From a candidate division FCPU426 bacterium (lineage in GTDB: Bacteria; Oederibacteriota; Muellerivitia; Muellerivitales; Muellerivitaceae): DNA of 38,729 bases. Position 1 is the first letter of the stretch, and the number at the start of each line of letters is the position of its first letter. Under the pieces are notes generated by a model. That model did not search any database. It was not told where the DNA came from and saw only the letters and a list, made by a program, of their open reading frames with translations. The translations under genes were made by a program, and so were the position numbers. Location: the NCBI GenBank assembly GCA_963847625.1, contig CAWKAR010000061.1:1-38729 (forward strand). Direction: 5' to 3'. This document shows positions 18,286-27,392 of the stretch, in pieces.

Positions 18286-19564
18286 AACTCGACCTCGCAG
18301 GCCAGGCTGTAGGCCCAATTGTCATAACCCTTGGAAACCAACGGGAGCTCGAGGATGGGAACCTGGTTGGCCAAGCCGATAGGATTGGAAAGCGGGAAGG
18401 CGGAATTGTTGGACAGCACCCGCGCGAAAGTGAAATCGCCCGGGGTGTTTGTGAGGGAAAAAAGGATATTGACGGCTGAAATTCGGGCTTTCACATGGCC
18501 AAAAAAGGATTCCTGGGGTGTGGACGCCAAACCTGGGGAGAACTGGTTGCCACCGACGAAGATGTTATTTTCTGAATTGGTTAAAGGCAACTGCATTTCG
18601 ATGGCGGCCTGGTCAATGGAAATAGCGCCAAAGGTGTATATCTTCCGGGCCTTCAAGCCGATACCGACAACGTCCGTTTCGGAGAATAGGTTGGAATTCT
18701 GGTCGCCGAATTCGCCGTAAAGGTTGAAGTCCGGGGCGAAAGTACATTCGACGGCCCCGTCGTAGGCCATATTTCCGCTTAAAGTGGAGTATGTAAAGTA
18801 ATTGGTGGACGTCCCTGCCCCATTGAAACGAAAGACGAAAGGCATATTGAAGATAGAGGCCGCGATCCTCAACTGGCCCAATAGGAAAGATTGGGAAGTG
18901 TCGTAATTGACATATTGGGCCGATAAAAGGCTGGGAAAGTAGTAAAAGCTCAAGGCCGTGGACGTGGATTCGATCTTCTCTAAATCCTGGACGCCCAAAC
19001 TAACTGAAATAGGAAGGGTTACTTCAATGCCATCCGCCCTGGTGATACCCATAGTGGAGTAATTCCCGAAAAACTGCATCGGGCTAAGGGATTCACCCAT
19101 GTTCAAACGCCCTACCGTGAAGGTGAGAAATGGCGGTGAATAGGATATTTTGCCGGTCATAATTTCCAAAGTTTGGGCCGTGTCGGAGTTGGAAAAGCTT
19201 TTTCCCACCCTGATATCCCCTTCCGCGCTCGTGTCGTACTGGTCAAGCCTCCTGCGGAAAATAATGTCCGCGAAAGTATCCAAAGAAGAGCCGTTGTTGC
19301 CGTTTTGGTAAGCAGAAAATAGCTGGTACTTCAAGAATCGGTCATCGTCACTTATCGGCGGCGGCGGCACCCACCTCGGCCGGGGGGTGGCAGTCGGCGT
19401 GGGAGAAGGTGTCGAGACTGCCTTTACCTTCTTTTGCCTTTCTTTTTAGGCGTCGTTGTTGTATGTGGGGCCGGATTAACAGTTGGCGTTTGTTGGGATA
19501 GAACAAAACCTGGGAAAATTAGAAAAATACCCAATACGACTGAAAAATATATATTCCTTTTCAA
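18282..19564 (-). CDS. Probable outer-membrane beta-barrel protein, frameshifted near 19430-19447
   Basis: Alternating beta pattern and C-terminal YSLACEVEF. The signal peptide (TTG 19564, AGGAG RBS) lies in a different frame from the 18282..19370 body. Confidence 0.55.
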
Positions 19565-19577
19565 AGTTCATACTCCT

Positions 19578-20358
19578 TTATGGAATTGAATACGAAACAA
19601 CTAATTGAGGGTGATATAAGGCTGTAGCATCGGTGTTAGGGTAAAAATCAATGTTACCTGTCGGTTCCCCTGCGTCGCTGTTGCTGGTGATTACAACCCC
19701 GTCATTAACCCCGGTGATCCAGGCTTGGACAACCGAGGGGGTAAGGTTCCACGCGTAAACTTTTGTCTGACCGCTTAGCTGAAGTGGTGAAGGTAACAGA
19801 GTCCATTGGGGTTGAGACAAAGTGATAACCTCTTACAAAACCAATACCACCAAAATTGCAGGTACTCCATGCACCAGTCCCGTTATATAAATTCCAATTC
19901 GCCCCAAGGTTCCAGGTACACCCCCCGGAAATCATTAAAGGAATGTCCATATCATTCACGCCGATTAAATAAGTGACACCACTTGAAATACTTGTTGTTG
20001 TTTGGGTTGTAAGAAACAAGGCGGCTTTTAAAACAGTTGCATTTTGGGGCATTGAAGAAACATCGAATTTAATCAATGTCCGGCTATAGGTAGATGTGCC
20101 TGAGTTTGCCGGATTAGGCCCCATTGCCACTCTTAAAGAGGCCGCGCCCGAATGTGAGGTAGTGGGATTAGATGCGTCCACCCAGGTATTGGTTGTTCCA
20201 CCATAAGTAGAGGTGGGGAAAACCCCGTCTTGGTAAGTTATTTCAAAGCTTGTAGGGCCAGGGTTTCCTTGCGGTCCCTGGGGGCCGGTTGAACCCTGTT
20301 TTCCATCGCATCCAATCAAAACCAAGCAAAAAATGATTGAGAAGTTTAAAAACTTCAT
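19578..20358 (-). CDS. Lipoprotein with short collagen-like GPQ repeat and DNRLRE-like domain, frameshifted near 19780
   Basis: LIGC lipobox and SRTLIKFDVSSMP...A.L.L. The domain end (WNLT..VVQAWI...NDG...PQLVVSY) is in ORF 19578..19820. Confidence 0.65.
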
Positions 20359-20367
20359 TTTTACCCC

Positions 20368-21435
20368 CTAAAAATTTGCATTAATAATCGTTGTGTCGTT
20401 ACCTGTGTTCCAGGTTGGTGCACCTGAACCCGAAAATGTGTAACCATTTCCTGTCACCGTTGCCGCAAGAGAAACACCAGAAACAGAATCATTTACGTCA
20501 TCTACATATATGCCTAAACCGTTCTTTGCAGCGCCACTTCCGGAAACGTATTTGCTTCCGTTAATGTAGTAAGTCCAAGAAATATCCCAGGTGACACCAC
20601 AATCATCTGTTGATGAAACCAATAGACTTACAGGACCCATGAAACCGCTCGAAGGTCGTACAAAGGTTTGTATTAACTTAAAGTTTGAGGTGAAGTTTTT
20701 AGTGATGGTTTGCGGGTCGGAAATAAAAGAAATTGCGTTGATTTTTGTACTAATGAAATTAAATACGGGTACGTCAATCGTGCAAGGGCTGGGCGGAATA
20801 GTGACGGTGACGGTTCCGGAATTAACACCATTTCCGGTGCCTAAGATTGCCGGATAAAAAGTAACCCCCCAGCCCGTGGGGAGTATTCCAGCAGGGCCAT
20901 AGGACATGGAAACGGGTTCGTTAAGATTTCCTGGCTGGACATAACTGACACCATAAGAAAGAGCGGTACCCGTGTTATAGGGATAGCTTTGGGCGGTTGT
21001 AATATTCCAAACGGATACGCTCTGGGAAGCGGCCGTGAAGTAATAATCCCCTGCTGTGTTGTTTGTAACAGTGATAGGAATAGTACTGTAGCCAAAATAT
21101 GATTGCTGACTGACTCCGGCGGTCCAGATGCCGTTGGCGATATTTTTTACACTAAATGACGCATATCCGACGACTGGCTGTGTGATGGAGGAAAGAGTAT
21201 TGCCGGATGGATCGACCAGAAATACAGTGACTCCGTTTATAGGGGTGGTCCCATCCACTACGTAAATGTTAAAACTGCCGGTGGTTGGGGTGGGGGTGCT
21301 GGTCGGAACGTCGAAACCGTTTGGGGCGACCAAGCCTAAGGGGTTGTTGTCCTTTTTACATCCCCCCAAAACGTACACTGCTAGTAAGGCCGAAAATAGA
21401 ATTGCTGGTGTGCCAAAAAGAAATAACTTCTTCAT
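20368..21435 (-). CDS. Lipoprotein with beta-rich (Ig/carboxypeptidase-regulatory-like) domains
   Basis: LGGC lipobox, TPTPT linker, and the VVDG.TPINGVTVFL pattern. Confidence 0.7.
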   Translation of the reverse strand: MKKLFLFGTPAILFSALLAVYVLGGCKKDNNPLGLVAPNGFDVPTSTPTPTTGSFNIYVVDGTTPINGVTVFLVDPSGNTLSSITQPVVGYASFSVKNIANGIWTAGVSQQSYFGYSTIPITVTNNTAGDYYFTAASQSVSVWNITTAQSYPYNTGTALSYGVSYVQPGNLNEPVSMSYGPAGILPTGWGVTFYPAILGTGNGVNSGTVTVTIPPSPCTIDVPVFNFISTKINAISFISDPQTITKNFTSNFKLIQTFVRPSSGFMGPVSLLVSSTDDCGVTWDISWTYYINGSKYVSGSGAAKNGLGIYVDDVNDSVSGVSLAATVTGNGYTFSGSGAPTWNTGNDTTIINANF

Positions 21436-21445
21436 ACGTCCCCCT

Positions 21446-21640
21446 TTATACGTCGGCTATCTTGGGCTTTATTAAGTATCTGTCGTTCAACTCTTCCCGA
21501 ATGATGTCGGAAATGGTCAACCTCTGACCCTTGGAAGCTTTCTTGGAAATTTCCTTTTCCAATTTCTTCCTGTGAATCGGCAAGATATTCGCATCAATGC
21601 GTTCAACCTTGATCCTTTTAATTACTCTTATCCGTCCCAT
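21446..21640 (-). CDS. Small basic RHH/CopG-like protein heading the T4SS-like operon
   Basis: GGAGG RBS before MGRIR. TISDIIREEL helix motif. Confidence 0.55.
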   Translation of the reverse strand: MGRIRVIKRIKVERIDANILPIHRKKLEKEISKKASKGQRLTISDIIREELNDRYLIKPKIADV

Positions 21641-22015
21641 TAAACCTCCTGGAAAGTAATTCACACACATAGAATGTGATCGGTGTTGAGTGAGCGGGTG
21701 AGAGGGATATAACACGAGAAAAAAATATTTGGAAATAAATATTAAGTAATAAATTTAATTGTTAAAAAAAGCTTTTCCTAAAAATGATTTCATTATGCAA
21801 TTTTAAAAAGGGCCAAAATAGTTGCAGTTATTTTGTTAAACGTTGATTTAAAAAGAAAAAAGGGGAAATTCTAAAGTCTGGGGTAAATGTTGGGAGAATA
21901 CTGTGCAGTTATTGAAAATTGGAGTGTCAAAAACGTCCGATTTCGAAATAAATAGACTTGGAAAAGAGGCGGGGATGATAATAAGCCGTCATTAGGCCAT
22001 TACGGGCGAGGAAGC

Positions 22016-22378
22016 ATGGAAAGTATAACTGTCAGCATATCCGAGCACCCAAAAAACAAGAGCATTACTCTTCTCTCCGTCAAGGGATTCATCGACACCA
22101 CGACCGCGCCGGAGTTTGAGAAAAAATTCCAATCGGTCCTCAACGAAAATAAATTCAAGCTGGTAGTGGATCTAAGGGACGTGGATTACATTTCCAGCGC
22201 GGGATGGGGCATTTTCGTCAGTGAGATCAAACGCATACGGACCCAAAAGGGTGATTTGGTATTATCCGGGATGAGCCCTGATGTCACGGAAGTGTTCAAG
22301 ATGCTGGAATTTGACACCATCTTGAAGGCTTTTCCCAACGTGGAAGCAGCCATCAAGCGGGGTTTCGGAGTGGAATAA
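22016..22378 (+). CDS. STAS-domain anti-sigma-factor antagonist
   Basis: G.IDTTTAP, VDL..VDYISSAGWG. Confidence 0.92.
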   Translation: MESITVSISEHPKNKSITLLSVKGFIDTTTAPEFEKKFQSVLNENKFKLVVDLRDVDYISSAGWGIFVSEIKRIRTQKGDLVLSGMSPDVTEVFKMLEFDTILKAFPNVEAAIKRGFGVE

Positions 22379-22467
22379 AAGGTTTATAGCCATTTGATGG
22401 GAATAGTAAAAAATAGTGTTTCGACAAAAGGGTATTAGCCGGATTTCTCTTATTTTGAAACTATGGT

Positions 22468-22845
22468 TTATTGAGAGTTAGCGTTGTCGTTTATCATTTG
22501 CTCCAACAGATATTTTTGATCATTGGTAATTATTTTTTTGCCATTCAGTTGGAAAAACTGTAACTCTTTTTTGCGGATGGTTTCAATTCCATACATTAAT
22601 GCTTTCGCCTGTTCTTTGGTCAGATTACCAAGCTTGTGATCTTTTTTGATTTGTTTCATCTGTTTTAGAATAATTTGATTTATTGCGTGAACATTAGGGT
22701 CAACAGGTGCAGTTTGAACTGTAGGCAAAGTGCGATTTATCGAGATGTTTTGCGCCCAAACTCTTGCCCCCAAAAAAATCAAGCCAAAAGCTAAAGCTAA
22801 AACCAATGACGCTCCCCGGGGCTTGCCCCGGGGAGCGTCATTCAT
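22468..22845 (-). CDS. Secreted helical protein with a palindrome inside its N-terminus
   Basis: Signal peptide ending VWA, and G.LT..QA pattern. Confidence 0.6.
   Translation of the reverse strand: MNDAPRGKPRGASLVLALAFGLIFLGARVWAQNISINRTLPTVQTAPVDPNVHAINQIILKQMKQIKKDHKLGNLTKEQAKALMYGIETIRKKELQFFQLNGKKIITNDQKYLLEQMINDNANSQ
22806..22843. repeat. REP-like palindrome
   Basis: AATGACGCTCCCCGGGG-CTTG-CCCCGGGGAGCGTCATT. Confidence 0.8.
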
Positions 22846-22923
22846 CCTAAGTTGTTACCTTTTCTCAATCCGCATTGGAAGGAAATTTGATTTTTCGGAG
22901 GCGGACCTGTTTAAAAATAAGGG

Positions 22924-23217
22924 TTAAATAGTCATTTTTACCGAAAAGCCACGGGCGATTAGAAAAAGCTCGATTCGGCGGCAAACGAAAAGCACCTCCC
23001 CGTTTGTTAAAGGTGGTTTAATCCTCCCCCGCAAGGCGTTATCGGCTATTTCCATTAATTCGATGTGAACCAGGCGGTGCCGTCCTAATATTTCCGGCTT
23101 TGAAAGGTATTTCTCCCCCAACGTTTTTTCCTGAGGGTACACACGGGCAAGTGTATCTGTTGTCAGACAATCGTCCACGATAGACCCTATCTCGAATAGG
23201 CGATCCATAGAATGCAC
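22924..23217 (-). CDS. Hypothetical protein
   Basis: ORF divergent from an XRE gene. Start uncertain. Confidence 0.4.
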   Translation of the reverse strand: MHSMDRLFEIGSIVDDCLTTDTLARVYPQEKTLGEKYLSKPEILGRHRLVHIELMEIADNALRGRIKPPLTNGEVLFVCRRIELFLIARGFSVKMTI

Positions 23218-23267
23218 CCAAAAGGCGGTTGGAACACTAATTCACCAATAAAACCGCTAATTTAGAA

Positions 23268-23285
23268 TAGTAACTATAGTTACTA
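23268..23285. promoter_or_regulatory. Perfect 18-bp palindrome, probable XRE operator
   Basis: TAGTAACTATAGTTACTA upstream of the XRE gene. Confidence 0.55.
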
Positions 23286-23318
23286 CGATAACTACACCTT
23301 GGAATTAATCTTGTCAAT

Positions 23319-23534
23319 GTGAAAGACACCACTTATGCCATATTTGGCCACAACTTAAAAAAAAGACGGTTAAACAAGAAACTCACGCAAAAGGTACTCG
23401 GGGAATTGGCCGGGCTGACTCAAACCTATATTGGTCTTTTGGAACGTGGCAAAAAAAGCGTTACGTTGCGGACGGGTAAGAAAATAGCCGATGCCCTTGG
23501 TTGCCGGTTGGAGGATTTGATCCAAGGTCTTTAG
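23319..23534 (+). CDS. XRE-family HTH regulator
   Basis: FG.NLK..R....LTQ..LG...GLTQTYIG.LERG. Confidence 0.9.
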   Translation: MKDTTYAIFGHNLKKRRLNKKLTQKVLGELAGLTQTYIGLLERGKKSVTLRTGKKIADALGCRLEDLIQGL

Positions 23535-23580
23535 AAGAAAAGAAGGGCCATGGGCAGAGGTATCCTGCAGAAGAGTTTAT

Positions 23581-23625
23581 TCGGAATTTTTAAAAGGGTT
23601 GCCGGCTGGTGGCCGGCCTTTTGAT
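23581..23625 (+). repeat. Short dispersed repeat (second copy 29609-29654)
   Basis: AAAAGGGTTGCCGGCTGGTRGCCGGCCTTTTGAT is shared, with hairpin potential. Confidence 0.6.
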
Positions 23626-23713
23626 TCATTGGTGATGCTATTTGATCCTTCTCCTTGTATCTTTCTTCCCAGCTTTATAAGATATTTACAAGAATTTTTT
23701 GGAAGGGGTTTAC

Positions 23714-23950
23714 ATGAAGACACTTGTGAAACTACCAAAAGCCATAACCTTCTCGCTTCCATCGGTTGCTGGCGAGGAAATTAAGGCTATGGCAAAAAAA
23801 GAGCATCGTTCTGTCAGTGAGCTTCTCCTGGAAACCTTCAATCGCTACCAGGCTAAAAAGGAATTCCACGAATTAGCCGTAAAAACCCAGAAATACGTTA
23901 AAAGAAAGAAGTTGACCCCGAAAGACTTCGGCGGCCCTTTTGCCGAATAA
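23714..23950 (+). CDS. RHH/CopG-family antitoxin
   Basis: ITFSLP......I..MAKKEHRSVSELL, overlapping a PIN fragment. Confidence 0.8.
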   Translation: MKTLVKLPKAITFSLPSVAGEEIKAMAKKEHRSVSELLLETFNRYQAKKEFHELAVKTQKYVKRKKLTPKDFGGPFAE

Positions 23951-24119
23951 AGACCTTCCCATTGTCTGCCTGGATGCCAACGTCATTATCTCGGCTTTTG
24001 CTTTCGGCGGAATTCCATCCAACCTCATTGACTATCTTTATGACCGGGATTTTTCCCACGTGACTGGGCCTAACATCCTCCAAGAAGTTCGCCGTTACCT
24101 CAATGAAAACAGGTTTTAG
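23940..24119 (+). pseudogene. Truncated PIN-domain toxin, 59 aa
   Basis: Manual translation: MPNKDLPIVCLDANVIISAFAFGGIP...ILQEVRRYLNENRF*. Confidence 0.75.
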
Positions 24120-24243
24120 CAAGGACGGAAAGACCCGCGGCCGGCCGGGGTGGAAAAACTCGGAGAGGGGATTCCAAAGGGGGTAACCAAGGTGGGGGAT
24201 GGGGTGGCATAGCCTTAACCACCATGTCTTTAGCTTTGAGTTT

Positions 24244-24462
24244 TTACGCCATCGCTACCGTGACTTGTTCCAACACTACCTTCTTCAACACCTCGTCCAA
24301 ATGCCCGATATGGTCTTGGGCGTCCAGTAATTCAATCCCGGCCACAGTTCCATCCTGGGCGTAATCCACGGCCAGTCCGTCCTCCAATTCCTTGGTGGTG
24401 ACGGTCGTATCCTGGAAGCCGATGTACAGCACGTCCGTTTGTTTGTTGTATGTGACTTTCAT
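24244..24462 (-). CDS. DUF2283 family protein (putative antitoxin)
   Basis: MKVTY....DVLYI.F ... VDY..DG.VAGIE.LDA. Confidence 0.88.
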   Translation of the reverse strand: MKVTYNKQTDVLYIGFQDTTVTTKELEDGLAVDYAQDGTVAGIELLDAQDHIGHLDEVLKKVVLEQVTVAMA

Positions 24463-24473
24463 CTCTGCCCCCC

Positions 24474-24728
24474 TCAAAAGTAAAAAACGTAAACAGTGTC
24501 CACAATAATCTCGTTTTCCAGTTCCTCGAAAATGACCTTTACCTGTTTTGTATTATACGTCTTTCCGTTCCACTGTTTCCTATAGGGGAAGCTTTTCCTG
24601 CATTGAAGCCGGTTTTTCTTGGCTCCTTCCCATTTAGCCTCCCGTATAGCCGTCACTGCTTCTTCTTCACTGGCCCCCCGCAAAGCCATCCTTGAGCGCG
24701 TGTGGCTGTCAAATGAAATAGGTTTCAT
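24474..24728 (-). CDS. DUF4258 family protein (RelE/BrnT-like putative toxin)
   Basis: H...RM..RG.S.EE...AI ... V.VIF......IIV.TVY. Confidence 0.82.
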   Translation of the reverse strand: MKPISFDSHTRSRMALRGASEEEAVTAIREAKWEGAKKNRLQCRKSFPYRKQWNGKTYNTKQVKVIFEELENEIIVDTVYVFYF

Positions 24729-24804
24729 AGACCGATTATATCCACCCGTGAATCTTCGGAAACGACAAAAAAGGGTGAAATACAGGCTATTTGACGGGTA
24801 TGGA

Positions 24805-24844
24805 TTTTGAGAATGCGGAAAGGAACGATGGGCAGTTTGCTCAA
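24805..24844 (-). pseudogene. HicA-like N-terminal stub
   Basis: TTG AGC AAA CTG CCC ATC (MSKLPIV) overlaps the hicB stop, and similarity is lost after about 13 codons. Confidence 0.45.
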
Positions 24845-25059
24845 ACACCAACCTCAATCTGCTGTAATTCAACGAAGTGCGGCATATCGGAGTAAGCTCC
24901 CTTGTTCTCTTCCAGGCACAATTCCAAGACTTCCCGCATGTTCTTCTGCAGTTCGTCCAGGGTTTTTCCCTGGCTGTGGGCGCCGGCTATACCCGGTACC
25001 ACTCCCATGTACTGCTTGGTTTCCTCGTCAAATTCCACATAGGCTGTAAATGTCTTCAT
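24841..25059 (-). CDS. hicB: HicB-family antitoxin
   Basis: Y.GVVPGIAGAHSQGKTLDEL..NMREVLELCLE. Confidence 0.9.
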   Translation of the reverse strand: MKTFTAYVEFDEETKQYMGVVPGIAGAHSQGKTLDELQKNMREVLELCLEENKGAYSDMPHFVELQQIEVGV

Positions 25060-25326
25060 CGGATCACCTCTTCCCCTTTGTCTACCTGCCTTTATTGTAT
25101 CAAAACCCCAAGGCCAAGACCCGGCCGCCCGAGGCGGAAAAAACACGGAACTTAAGGATTTATTTTTCCTGTCCCTCAAAAAACGAGACGTCTATATAGG
25201 TTTAGTGGAATGTAGCCTTAGATACCTTGCCTTTTGCTGCTCTTGTGCCTTTACTTTTATCCCGCGCTATAATAGGCTCACGTTCTATGGAATGCCGCCA
25301 AGTTCTCTTTTCAAAAGGAGAAGATT

Positions 25327-25551
25327 ATGAAATGCGCTATTTGCAAACACGGTGAAACTCATTCCGGCAAGGCAACAACCACCTTGCAACGTGGTAAAAC
25401 CACAGTCATTATCAAGGAAGTTCCCGCTGAAATCTGTAATAACTGCGGGGAAGATTACTTTTCCGAGAAAATCACCCGCCGAGTAATGGCCCTGGCTGAA
25501 GAAGCCGTGAAAAAGGGCGCAGAGGTGGAAATCCTGCGGTTCGCGGCTTAA
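25327..25551 (+). CDS. YgiT/MqsA-type zinc-finger antitoxin (orphan)
   Basis: MKCAICK.G ... VPAEICNNCGE.Y. Confidence 0.9.
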   Translation: MKCAICKHGETHSGKATTTLQRGKTTVIIKEVPAEICNNCGEDYFSEKITRRVMALAEEAVKKGAEVEILRFAA

Positions 25552-25574
25552 TCAGAAAATACCAAACCGTAATC

Positions 25575-25609
25575 AAGGGCCGTGAGATTATCACGGCCCT
25601 TTTCTTTTT
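25575..25609 (+). terminator. Rho-independent terminator
   Basis: AAGGGCCGTGA-GATTA-TCACGGCCCTT followed by a T-tract. Confidence 0.8.
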
Positions 25610-25721
25610 CAGCGAAAATCAAAAGGGCATGAAATGTCCGGTATTGTGTGGAGATCTTTTCCCGTATGAAATTCATGTCAAAATGCCGTTAAGATTTGTT
25701 GTTTAAATAATTGGAGTTCCA

Positions 25722-26261
25722 ATGATGTTCACAAGCAGTTTTTCCGAGCATGAAATCATCCGTTACGCAGGCCTGACAGCCGACTTCATCAAGTCCCAAA
25801 AGGAGGCCTACGCTCCTTACGGGGTTCCTTTACCACCCGATCAACTGAAACCTTTCCGTCCCTATTTCAACGACTTTATCCTGAAACACACCTTGTTTTT
25901 TCAAAAAAAGGACGGGCCGTTGGAAAGTCCGGCTTTCCTGGAGGAATTGAACCGGAAAGGCGTGGAATTTTCGATTGCCAACTTGAGGGCTATCACTTTC
26001 CTGGATGTCGTCGTATATTTTGGAGAATTTGAGTCCAGGATTGTTTTTCACGAACTGGTCCATGTGGTTCAGTACCAAAAGCTGGGTTATAAGCAGTTCG
26101 CCAATAAATACGTCCGAGGGTTGTTGAAAATGGGTAAATACGAGAGCATCCCGCTTGAGACCAATGCTTATTTATTGGACGAGAACTTCGTCAAGGATCC
26201 TTTCCAAACCTTTTCTGTCGAAGATGAAATCCAGAAGTGGATCAACGCAAATAGGTTTTGA
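25722..26261 (+). CDS. DUF4157-like HExxH metallopeptidase
   Basis: AITF.D.V, FHELVHVVQY, Y..IPLE..AY. Confidence 0.78.
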   Translation: MMFTSSFSEHEIIRYAGLTADFIKSQKEAYAPYGVPLPPDQLKPFRPYFNDFILKHTLFFQKKDGPLESPAFLEELNRKGVEFSIANLRAITFLDVVVYFGEFESRIVFHELVHVVQYQKLGYKQFANKYVRGLLKMGKYESIPLETNAYLLDENFVKDPFQTFSVEDEIQKWINANRF

Positions 26262-26358
26262 CGCCGTTTGATGAGGATTTATTCAATAACAATTCTTATC
26301 AAGTTTATTCGGGCGATTTCTAATGGAAATAGAGAAGTCCATCGTGAAAATACTTTCT

Positions 26359-26583
26359 TTAAATTCCCTCAAAGAGTTTGTTGATAGCGCAGGCCAAAGC
26401 CTTGTGGATTTTAACAACATTTTTAAGAGTGATACTTCTTTCACCTCTTTCGACAAAACCAATAAAGTTGGCCGCCAAACCTGACTGGTTGCCCAACTTT
26501 TCCTGGGACCAACCGTGCTTTTTGCGGATATTGCGGACGTTTTCGCCGAATTTAAGGATGATTTGATGATCTGATTTTTTCAT
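26359..26583 (-). CDS. XRE-family HTH regulator
   Basis: FGENVR.IRK..GWSQEKL....GL..NFIG.VERGER. Confidence 0.9.
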   Translation of the reverse strand: MKKSDHQIILKFGENVRNIRKKHGWSQEKLGNQSGLAANFIGFVERGERSITLKNVVKIHKALACAINKLFEGI

Positions 26584-26613
26584 AATTTTATTCCTTTTAT
26601 GTTCTTTTAAAAA

Positions 26614-26982
26614 TTAACTGGCGGCGGCTTTAAGCAAAAAGATCTGTAAAGCTTCCCTAGAGTCATTACTCATCATGAGAAATTGAAGACCAGCGCCCTT
26701 ATTGTCGACACGCACCACTTCGCCGTATAAAGCCACGACATCTTTCATATCAAGCAGAAAAATATCAAATTTGAAGATATTTCCAACCTTTAAAGGCTGT
26801 TCTACGGCAATAAACATTCCCCCCAAACTCATATCCAAGGTGTAAGCGTTTTGTTCTGTTGCCCGCCACTCCTCAACATTCTTGATATTTTCCCCGCCTA
26901 TAATCCACCGGTACTTGACGGGCACCTTAATGGAAACGCGGGGATTTCCCCGTCTCTCAATCGATGTATAGGCTTCTGGCAT
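26614..26982 (-). CDS. PilZ-domain protein
   Basis: RGNPR and DMSLGG. Confidence 0.9.
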   Translation of the reverse strand: MPEAYTSIERRGNPRVSIKVPVKYRWIIGGENIKNVEEWRATEQNAYTLDMSLGGMFIAVEQPLKVGNIFKFDIFLLDMKDVVALYGEVVRVDNKGAGLQFLMMSNDSREALQIFLLKAAAS

Positions 26983-27012
26983 ATCTCCCTCCGAAGCGTC
27001 ACTGTTTTAGGG

Positions 27013-27384
27013 TTACCTGCTGGAAGAGGCCTTGGAAAGGAAAGATTTAAAAGATTTCATGTCTTCCTCGCCAATAGTCAGAAACCTGATACCGCCGCCC
27101 ATTTCGTTTGTCCATACCACCTCAGCAGTTGCATTTAATTTTTTCGACGATCCGGGGATCAAGATTTCTAGGCTCAATATATTCCCGTCCTTGAGCGCCT
27201 GGCCCGCCAATATGAACATTCCTCCAAGGCTTATATCCAACGTTTGATGGAGTTTTTCCTTCTTCTTCCGGTTTTGAAGACTATCAATTCCTTCCTGGTC
27301 ATCGACCACCCTGTAGATAAGCGGGATTTTGAGGGAGATTCTTGGATGGACCCGTTTTTCTTTTAGTAGGAAAGCTTCCGGCAT
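27013..27384 (-). CDS. PilZ-domain protein
   Basis: RVHPR and DISLGG. Confidence 0.9.
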   Translation of the reverse strand: MPEAFLLKEKRVHPRISLKIPLIYRVVDDQEGIDSLQNRKKKEKLHQTLDISLGGMFILAGQALKDGNILSLEILIPGSSKKLNATAEVVWTNEMGGGIRFLTIGEEDMKSFKSFLSKASSSR

Positions 27385-27392
27385 ATGAGCCT

